From the NCBI GenBank assembly GCA_964611355.1, contig CAZSYD010000001.1:2745-66744 (forward strand): a DNA stretch of 64,000 bases, read 5' to 3'. Origin of the DNA: an uncultured Ignavibacteriales bacterium. GTDB lineage: Bacteria; Zixibacteria; MSB-5A5; GN15; JAAZOE01. The notes below the pieces were generated by a model. It saw only the letters and a list, made by a program, of their open reading frames with translations, was not told the DNA's origin and made no database searches. This document shows positions 8,890 through 15,747 of this stretch, in pieces; position 1 is the stretch's first letter; each line of letters opens with the position of its first letter. The position numbers were made by a program, and so were the translations under genes.

Positions 8890-10113
8890 TTAGTCATTTT
8901 TAAGTATAGGAGACCATGCATCAGGCAACGTTTTCTTGGCCTTCTCGAAGGGCGTGTGGCGCAGTCTATATGACGATTGTTGATCGATTATTTTACGTAC
9001 TAAAGTGGGGCTATAGTAGTTAAGACTTTGTCTCACGCAAATATTCTGTCTTCGTACGTTTCTTCGAAATTGCCGCATTTGAGCATCGGTCCACTTTGGG
9101 TGGATATAATAGTCACTTATCGATTGTTCCTTCATATATGGCAGATAATTGTCAAATGTCTGATTGAGCGGCCTATATCGGCAATCAGAAATTTGAACTT
9201 TCCACTCCCAGCATTTTAACCTCTTCTTTTCCATTTCTTTAAAATCTATATCATAGTTATACAGCATGAACACAAAAATACCTTTAGAACGAAACCCTGC
9301 CTTTACCAGGATATCTATCTGCCTTTTTATTGATCGCCAAGATTTGTAATTGTGATCCCAAGCTATCCTGGGATTCTTAAAGCCAGCCTGCTTTAATAGA
9401 CAAGCTATATATGGTTTTTCAAGGAGTATTCTACCATCAAATCCCGACTGGCTTTCACATATCGGGTGGCCATTCTTTCCTCGAATTTCTATTATTTCTT
9501 CGAGTATGTTTTCAATAAAAGGATTTGCTAAGAGATTGTTATCATAGAATATAATCCTCGATGCGCAAATTTCGGTCCTAATGCTTTTCTTATAGGTAAT
9601 TTCCGGTTCGATGCGCCATACTCCACAAAAGCGGCATTTTCTGAAGCATCCCCTTGAGGTATGTATAATTTGGTAATCTATGGGATGAGGATTTTCAAGA
9701 ATGTTATAGTTTAAATGATGTTTAGAGGCATATTCTTCGGCTTGCTTATGGGTACCGATAAAAACTTCGTCACAGCCAGTGTAGTCTTTGCAGTGTTGTG
9801 GCATTAAAGAAGCATATACTCCACCCACAATGATCTTTGCATGCGGGAAAATTTTTTTGTAATGCTGAACACTCTCCTTGACATGCCGAGACCAATACGT
9901 GAATAATGATGTCACCATCACCAAGTCAGGGTTGTATCTGGTTCCCAATAACCTTCTTTCCTTGTTCCCTCTGGCTAGTTTTGTAATATGGCCAATGCTT
10001 CTATAATAGTCATGGAGTTTAAGCAAACCAATAGGAAGAAAGTTCTTGTGATTCCTACTCTTCAGAGGTACAGGAAAATTGGGTTCAATCAAGAGGATAT
10101 TCATTCTGAGCAC
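8890..10113 (-). CDS. Radical SAM enzyme with B12-binding-like N-terminal domain
   Basis: CX3CX2C motif CFRKCRFC at 9625-9648 (residues C156, C160, C163). N-terminal Rossmann-like pattern ILLIEPNFP...LPIGLLKL...DLVMVTS...IIVGG. The track start is GTG at 10113, directly after the upstream TAA; an ATG at 10104 is an alternative. Confidence 0.8.
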   Translation of the reverse strand: MLRMNILLIEPNFPVPLKSRNHKNFLPIGLLKLHDYYRSIGHITKLARGNKERRLLGTRYNPDLVMVTSLFTYWSRHVKESVQHYKKIFPHAKIIVGGVYASLMPQHCKDYTGCDEVFIGTHKQAEEYASKHHLNYNILENPHPIDYQIIHTSRGCFRKCRFCGVWRIEPEITYKKSIRTEICASRIIFYDNNLLANPFIENILEEIIEIRGKNGHPICESQSGFDGRILLEKPYIACLLKQAGFKNPRIAWDHNYKSWRSIKRQIDILVKAGFRSKGIFVFMLYNYDIDFKEMEKKRLKCWEWKVQISDCRYRPLNQTFDNYLPYMKEQSISDYYIHPKWTDAQMRQFRRNVRRQNICVRQSLNYYSPTLVRKIIDQQSSYRLRHTPFEKAKKTLPDAWSPILKND

Positions 10114-11961
10114 TTATGCATGTGGGTTTAAGTCAGGCGCACCAATGCAGTTGGATAGCCACAAAAGTCCAGCGGTTCCATCAAGAATATCTTGATCATC
10201 ACATTGTCTTATATGGCTTGTAGGGTCTCTTAACACCTTTATTTGGCTGACGCGATACTCAAAATTGCCTTTAATCTTGAAGATTGGCTCAAAGATTTCA
10301 TCCCAATTATTGCCGTAGTTAACTACACTTATTAATTCTCCAAGTCCAAGGAATTCGAATTTTTTCGCGTTCAGATCGATTTGCCTTTCTTCTAAACGCG
10401 GCTTGTTTCTGGTTTCCTTTATCCACATATCGTCCGCATCCTTTTTAGGGCCTCCAGGCACTCCCTGCTTCCACCATTTTTCGCTGCCGTAATGGCTCTT
10501 TAGCTTGTCCAAGATGAATTCGCGCAAGATACCTTCCGCAAGCCGTGCTTTATCCTCTAAGCTGGATATAAGAGGCGGTTTATCAGATGGCACTACATCC
10601 GGCAGCCCACCCATCCGTGCAGGAGAATAATTTGTCACAGATCGTTGAATCACTTGACCTATACGTGCTGCATTTTCACTCTGCGGGCCACGGCCCGTTT
10701 TGCTGCGAATATCTTTTTGCATATTTTCATTGATTTTGAGGTGTTCTATTACCGGCTTTAGAAACGTATCGCGGACTTCTCGCCTGAAATCTTGATTCCT
10801 GCCTGATTTTAGAAGCGATTCTTGTTTCGTATTAATGAAGTAGTTTAATATATCCTGGAATACCATGATAAATACTCCAAACCCATTGTTGCTAATTAAA
10901 ACGCTGCCCTTTCCTTTATTCCAATCTTCTGGCCAAAGCTCTTTTAATATTTCGTAATAGCTACCGATAATCCTCGCCGCATTATCAGGGGTTCTGGTTT
11001 CATCAGACGGATGCTTCAAATACTTCCATTGTGCATATTTCTCTATGGTGGAACAGACTGTTGTAAGACTGAGTTTGGCAGCGCCTATTGCAGGCATACT
11101 CGGTATATCAATATATTCACTCAAAGGCCCGGATTCTCTTAGCCGTTTGGCGGTTTCTGCAATTTGATACTGCAATCTCTGTTTATCGTCTGTGCTGTCG
11201 CGATAAATATCAGAATATAGGTCCCATAGTAAATTCCTAGGGACTGAGGTTTGCTTTTCGTTTATCTCTTTGAAGAGATTTGCCTGTTCCAAGGTTTCAA
11301 GGTTATCAAAAGCCAATACTGGCACCAGCATGTCTTCTTTCTTCGCCTTAGCGGCTCCGTAGAGCCTATGTTGTCCGTCAATTATCCAAGCTGATCCATA
11401 GTATTGAGGTAACGAAATCGTGCCAATTGATACATCATTTTCATAATGTTCCATTTTGTCCCATTTTATTGGCCTTGAAAAGTTAACTATTATGCTATTT
11501 GGGAAATAGCCGTCCTGCTCGTCAATAAAACGTCCTATTTCTTTTAACTTGGCGTTTCTAAGCATCCGTTGATAAACTTGAGATGCGGCTACAATTCCTG
11601 TAAGGTCACGGTGATGAACGTACGCATAGTCCAATAGCTTTTTGGCTGGGATCATGAAAGTGTAAAATGTTTGGCCCCCGATTTTGCCCCTAATGGCCGG
11701 ATACTTTAGCCCCAACTTCTTTTGTCTAATATCCTTAAAGATTACAGAATATAACTGACACTTGGCCGCAGGACCAACCTGCTTGACAAGTTTCTCGATG
11801 TATTCAATTTCGTTGGATGACCACAGAAAAAGCCGCCTGAACCCCCTCTTTCTCACATGATCAACATATTCTTGGTCTACAGGTCTCTTTTCGCGGGAGC
11901 TAATCGCAATTACAATGTTTATTTGCCCACAATTAATTCCATACTTGTCTTCAATTTCCAT
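10114..11961 (-). CDS. DGQHR-domain (DndB/ParB-Srx-like) protein fused to a C-terminal Swt1-type HEPN domain
   Basis: Literal DGQHR motif at 11365-11379 (WIIDGQHRLYG). The C-terminal roughly 145 aa read LREFILDKLKSHYGSEKWWKQGVP...VLRDPTSHIRQ, with Rx4H at 10213-10230. Confidence 0.8.
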   Translation of the reverse strand: MEIEDKYGINCGQINIVIAISSREKRPVDQEYVDHVRKRGFRRLFLWSSNEIEYIEKLVKQVGPAAKCQLYSVIFKDIRQKKLGLKYPAIRGKIGGQTFYTFMIPAKKLLDYAYVHHRDLTGIVAASQVYQRMLRNAKLKEIGRFIDEQDGYFPNSIIVNFSRPIKWDKMEHYENDVSIGTISLPQYYGSAWIIDGQHRLYGAAKAKKEDMLVPVLAFDNLETLEQANLFKEINEKQTSVPRNLLWDLYSDIYRDSTDDKQRLQYQIAETAKRLRESGPLSEYIDIPSMPAIGAAKLSLTTVCSTIEKYAQWKYLKHPSDETRTPDNAARIIGSYYEILKELWPEDWNKGKGSVLISNNGFGVFIMVFQDILNYFINTKQESLLKSGRNQDFRREVRDTFLKPVIEHLKINENMQKDIRSKTGRGPQSENAARIGQVIQRSVTNYSPARMGGLPDVVPSDKPPLISSLEDKARLAEGILREFILDKLKSHYGSEKWWKQGVPGGPKKDADDMWIKETRNKPRLEERQIDLNAKKFEFLGLGELISVVNYGNNWDEIFEPIFKIKGNFEYRVSQIKVLRDPTSHIRQCDDQDILDGTAGLLWLSNCIGAPDLNPHA

Positions 11962-11988
11962 TTTAATTTACAAACGCTTTCAAAAATA

Positions 11989-12390
11989 TTACTCCAACTT
12001 GTTTTTATCATTAATCGGTCCGTCCAATTTGGAACTTTGGCAATCAATAATAAAGATATTATCGCCTTCTCTGGCAAAAACGTCAATCTGCTTTGAATAA
12101 GTATTAAACCCTAATTTGAATCGTTTACTTTCCTTGTTCATACAAGGAAATCCAAGCTTGTAGAAAATCATCCAAACACGATCTTCAAATAACTCAGCTT
12201 CTGTCTTTTCCTTCCTTATTTTGATTCTAGTCTTAAGCCTAGGCCCTTTTTTCTCTTCCCAACCTTTTTCCATGTGGTTTGTTAGTTGATCTTGCGGCAC
12301 GGATTTCTCTCGGTACAGCTTAATCCTCTTGGAAGCGGCTTTTCTCAGCTCCTTATTATTAGTACAGAGTTCACCTTCGATTCCACGCAT
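11989..12390 (-). CDS. Small basic protein with restriction-endonuclease-like (PD-(D/E)xK-type) strand pattern
   Basis: Strong SD (aaggaggg) before the ATG. FEDRVWMIFYKLGF...QIDVFAREGDNIFIIDCQSSK resembles the helix, D-strand and (D/E/Q)xK-strand of Mrr/NucS-like folds. The expected ExK position reads DCQ. Confidence 0.5.
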   Translation of the reverse strand: MRGIEGELCTNNKELRKAASKRIKLYREKSVPQDQLTNHMEKGWEEKKGPRLKTRIKIRKEKTEAELFEDRVWMIFYKLGFPCMNKESKRFKLGFNTYSKQIDVFAREGDNIFIIDCQSSKLDGPINDKNKLE

Positions 12391-12427
12391 TAAGTCCCTC
12401 CTTTTGAAAAACTAACAATACTATAGG

Positions 12428-12456
12428 ATTATAATTCTACTCCTTTTCAGTAGCAA
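12428..12456 (-). promoter_or_regulatory. Sigma70-type promoter of the cassette operon
   Basis: On the minus strand: TTGCTA (12456-12451), a 17-nt spacer, then a perfect TATAAT (12433-12428). It lies about 38 nt upstream of the ATG at 12390. Confidence 0.5.
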
Positions 12457-12477
12457 GCCAAATTTGTAATCTATATT

Positions 12478-12488
12478 TCGGGTTTCTC
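12478..12488. repeat. Right copy of exact 11-bp direct repeat TCGGGTTTCTC
   Basis: Identical to 8864-8874. It lies between the cassette promoter and the nfu stop (12579). Confidence 0.5.
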
Positions 12489-12578
12489 TCCGCCTGTGGC
12501 GGATCAGAACGCCGACCTGCATTATAAACCCCATATATGTTCGTAGAGACGGTTTGCGAACCGCCCGTACGATTGATA

Positions 12579-13184
12579 TTACTCGCCCGGGGCCTGGAAG
12601 TACGGGTTCTGTCCGGAGGCGTGATCGGTAACATCTACGATTTCGGTTATCTCCGGTGCCCGCGAACGAAGAATCTGTTCGATACCGTATTTCAGGGTGT
12701 GGGCCGCCGAAGCGCAGCCCTGGCAGCCGCCCCTCATCGTCAGATAAACGGTCGTTTCCTGGAGATCAACCAGTTCGACACTGCCGCCGTGAGCGGCGAT
12801 GCCGGGATTTATTTCCTCGTCGAATACCTTCCGTATCTTTTCGCGCAGTTTTTCGTCGATGGCCGGTTTTTTATTTTTGATTTCAGAAGATATCAAATTG
12901 CCGCCCGCCGATATTTTTTCGCGCATTACCGCGCCTATTTTTTTGCCGATATCCTGCCACCGGTCGTCGGTTGATTTCATCACGGTGACGATATTACCGG
13001 CAACCATTACCTTGCTGACACCGGCAACTTCAAACAGAGCCTCCAGAAGCGGCGAACCTTCGGCCATCTCCCGGCTGGTGCATTTGACCACCCCATCGTA
13101 GAGTTCGTAATCGGTTCGAAACCGGCAGACGTCCGGATCTATTTGCAGTTCGGCGGTAATATTTATGGTACCGGCGTCCTTCAT
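12579..13184 (-). CDS. Nfu/NifU-family Fe-S cluster assembly protein
   Basis: C-terminal NifU-type motif GGSVELVDL...TMRGGCQGCASAAHTLKYGIEQIL, and an N-terminal Nfu_N-like segment (LFEVAGVSKVMVAGNIVTVMK). Confidence 0.85.
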   Translation of the reverse strand: MKDAGTINITAELQIDPDVCRFRTDYELYDGVVKCTSREMAEGSPLLEALFEVAGVSKVMVAGNIVTVMKSTDDRWQDIGKKIGAVMREKISAGGNLISSEIKNKKPAIDEKLREKIRKVFDEEINPGIAAHGGSVELVDLQETTVYLTMRGGCQGCASAAHTLKYGIEQILRSRAPEITEIVDVTDHASGQNPYFQAPGE

Positions 13185-13204
13185 CGTCAGGCGTCTCCCA
13201 TATT

Positions 13205-14320
13205 CTATACGTTAAACGACTGCCGGGAAGAGTCGCTTTTTTTGCGATTCAATTCCCTGAGCTTGTTAAAATCGTATATGCCGGTGTCGTGTCCGTCGGA
13301 GAAGCTGATTGAGATTGCATAGCGGCCGACCTTCTCAAAGGCTTTGATCTTAATATCGAGCGGCACTTCTCCGGTAGCGGCGCCGGGAACGGGAGCACTA
13401 ATCCGCAAATCGTAGGGAGTATATTCCTCGACGGCGCCGTCCGGCCATTCGATAGTAAGATTTCCTTCTTCCGATAATTTGATATCTTTTGGTTCATCGA
13501 CGCTCAGAACGCCCTCTTTAATTGTGCTCTTGAAACGTTCGGCTATTTCAAGAAAAGCTTTAACCGAAGGCGAATCGGTTTTTTGGACCATCAGCGGCGT
13601 ACCCTCGTCGCTACTGGTCATCAATTCCGGGTCAATCGGAATACTGCCTAAAAAGTTCACGCCAAACTTCTCGGCCATTTTCGCGCCGCCGCCGGTTTTG
13701 AAAATCGCCGTATGCGTCCCGCAATTGGGACAGGTAAAGCCGCTCATATTTTCAATAATGCCCACGATCGGGACATTGACATGATCGAACATCCGGAGAC
13801 CCTTCTCAGCCACCCCCAGCGCCACCTGCTGTGGAGTGGTAACGATAATTGCGCCGCTGAGGTGCGCCTGCTGCGCCAGAGTAATCTGTACGTCGCCCGA
13901 TCCGGGGGGCAGATCGACTATCAAATAATCCAGGTCGCCCCACAGAACATTTCCGAGAAACTGTTGAATCAGTTTGGAAGCCATCGGACCGCGCCATATA
14001 ACCGGTTGTCCTTCCGCCAATAATAACCCGATCGACATAAAAGTCAGGCCGTGCCTTTTAAGCGGTATCAGGTAATCACCCTGCGTCTCGGGTTGCTTCC
14101 CGATTGCGCCCAGCATAGCCGGTTGGCTGGGCCCGTACACGTCGGCGTCCATCAGACCGACCCTGGCGCCCGATTTATTAAGCGCTATCGCGAAATTGGT
14201 TGAAACGGTTGACTTGCCGACGCCGCCCTTGCCGCTGGCGATGGCGATGATGTGTTGAATTCCGGCCAGCCCCGCCGGCTTTTCCTGATGAGCCGGACGA
14301 TTTGCTTTATTTTCTGCCAT
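13205..14320 (-). CDS. apbC: Mrp/ApbC Fe-S cluster carrier ATPase with C-terminal DUF971-like domain
   Basis: P-loop GKGGVGKST and CPNCG cluster-binding motif. The C-terminal LTIEWPDG...ISISFSDGHDTGIYDFNKLREL resembles DUF971. Confidence 0.88.
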   Translation of the reverse strand: MAENKANRPAHQEKPAGLAGIQHIIAIASGKGGVGKSTVSTNFAIALNKSGARVGLMDADVYGPSQPAMLGAIGKQPETQGDYLIPLKRHGLTFMSIGLLLAEGQPVIWRGPMASKLIQQFLGNVLWGDLDYLIVDLPPGSGDVQITLAQQAHLSGAIIVTTPQQVALGVAEKGLRMFDHVNVPIVGIIENMSGFTCPNCGTHTAIFKTGGGAKMAEKFGVNFLGSIPIDPELMTSSDEGTPLMVQKTDSPSVKAFLEIAERFKSTIKEGVLSVDEPKDIKLSEEGNLTIEWPDGAVEEYTPYDLRISAPVPGAATGEVPLDIKIKAFEKVGRYAISISFSDGHDTGIYDFNKLRELNRKKSDSSRQSFNV

Positions 14321-14557
14321 TTAATTTACCTTGCCTTCCGTTATTAGTTTTGTCGCTTACATTGTCTTCAATATTGGGCTAATTACGTAATTTTCGGTCA
14401 AAACGCAAGTAGCTAAAGGCGATATTTATATAATAACAATTTATGTCGGCCAAGGTTCACATAAAGCATTAAAAGCCGCAATACTTTATTTCGCGCACAC
14501 GAAATTGATTTAAAAGTCTGAAATAAAAGTCTAATTATTAAATAACCTGCCTGAGAC

Positions 14558-14589
14558 AAAAAAGGCCGGTTGAGGGGGCCGGCCTTTTT
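14558..14589 (-). terminator. Rho-independent terminator downstream of the GAF-HisKA gene
   Basis: Stem ggccgg (14564-14569) pairs with ccggcc (14579-14584). On the minus strand it is followed by a T-run (plus-strand A-run 14558-14563). Confidence 0.7.
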
Positions 14590-14634
14590 GGATAAGAGGG
14601 GGGATCATATGGAAAGTCTGATAATGGGGAGGCT

Positions 14635-15462
14635 TTACGTCTTGTCGTCTTTCTTTTCTTCGTCTTCCTCTATATCTTCCTTGTCCTTCCGGCTCTTGCC
14701 GGACAGATCAATCATTTTCATCGTTCCGGTATAATCGACCGTGGGGGCATCGGCCGCTTTCATCAAACGCCCGGTTACCTCGCGTATCTGGTTGGCCGAT
14801 TCTTCTATAATTTTTAACCGGGATTGGATATCCTCCGGCAGGTTCTGGTTTTTAAGCATAAGAAGCTGGAGGTTTCCCAGAAGCGCCGTGAGTGGATTGT
14901 TTATTTCGTGATTGATCGCCACCGCCATTTCAACTATGGCGGCTTCGCGTTCGGATTTGACTTTCGATTCCAACTCCTGTGGGCTGATCTCGCCGCCGGC
15001 AATAACCGGCGATGAAGCCAGAGCCAGAACAGCCGCCAGTGCTCGCAGGAAATGGTCATAATCATGGAGCTGAGCCTTATCGGGCTTGATTCCAATTAAA
15101 GCGCCGAATTGCCGCCCGCCGGTTTCAATCGGCAGACTGAAAACCGAGCGAACCGGCTCGCCGCCCAGTTCCATGTAGGCGGCGTTGAGTTTGAAGTCCT
15201 GCCTCAGCATGCTAAGAAGAGAGCTCTCCGTTTCCAGAAGAATCTGTCTGTCATTGTCGTTTCCGGCGGTTACCGATTTGACTTTTATCTCACCCTGTTC
15301 ATCCCATAAAATCAGAGCCCCGGCGGTCAGACCGATATATTCAGCGGCCGAAACCAGGGCTTTCTGAGCCACCAGTTCGACAGATTTTCCGCTGACGGCG
15401 GCTATGGCGGCTTCGGCCAGGGCCCGAAACCTGAGGTCTTCATGACGAGGCGAACTGTTCAT
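14635..15462 (-). CDS. GAF-like sensor plus HisKA dimerisation/phosphoacceptor domain, no catalytic ATPase domain
   Basis: H-box AVAINHEINNPLTALLGNLQLL. The protein ends about 70 aa later in an acidic tail (KDKEDIEEDEEKKDDKT) with no N/G1/G2 boxes. Confidence 0.7.
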   Translation of the reverse strand: MNSSPRHEDLRFRALAEAAIAAVSGKSVELVAQKALVSAAEYIGLTAGALILWDEQGEIKVKSVTAGNDNDRQILLETESSLLSMLRQDFKLNAAYMELGGEPVRSVFSLPIETGGRQFGALIGIKPDKAQLHDYDHFLRALAAVLALASSPVIAGGEISPQELESKVKSEREAAIVEMAVAINHEINNPLTALLGNLQLLMLKNQNLPEDIQSRLKIIEESANQIREVTGRLMKAADAPTVDYTGTMKMIDLSGKSRKDKEDIEEDEEKKDDKT

Positions 15463-15693
15463 ATCATACCGAGTTTGAGCAAACTTTATGCCTTTGACTC
15501 GTATTATTGATCTGTTTGAGCTTTAGGGTCAGCCGTTTGGCGGGTTCCCTCGACGGCTCAACATAATATAGCGGTTTTGGCGATATCTATTCAGTTCATT
15601 TTTTATACAAATATCGTGATAAATCAATCCCAAATAAGGCAAATATGAAGCGAAATTCATATTTATTGCATTTGGTAATATCCGTTTGATACC

Positions 15694-15721
15694 TTGACAG
15701 ACGCTCGGAAATAATTAGATT
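15694..15721 (+). promoter_or_regulatory. Candidate sigma70 promoter for purF
   Basis: TTGACA (15694-15699), a 16-nt spacer, then TAGATT (15716-15721), about 27 nt before the GTG at 15748. Confidence 0.35.
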
Positions 15722-15747
15722 AACGTTTTTTCCGGAAGGGAGACGCC

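Noticed and set aside
11962-11991. Possible programmed stop-codon readthrough or selenocysteine recoding joining the 133-aa ORF to the DGQHR ORF, which is in the same frame.
   Set aside because: The 30 nt between them contain three in-frame stops of two kinds (TAA, TGA, TAA). Simple readthrough or Sec recoding is implausible. The frameshift or two-gene alternatives are reported as a finding instead.
15528-15539. The 12-mer gtcagccgtttg is shared between the purF upstream region and 41507-41518, upstream of the sigma54 activator gene.
   Set aside because: In 64 kb on two strands, on the order of a hundred or more exact 12-mer coincidences are expected by chance. No extended similarity surrounds it.
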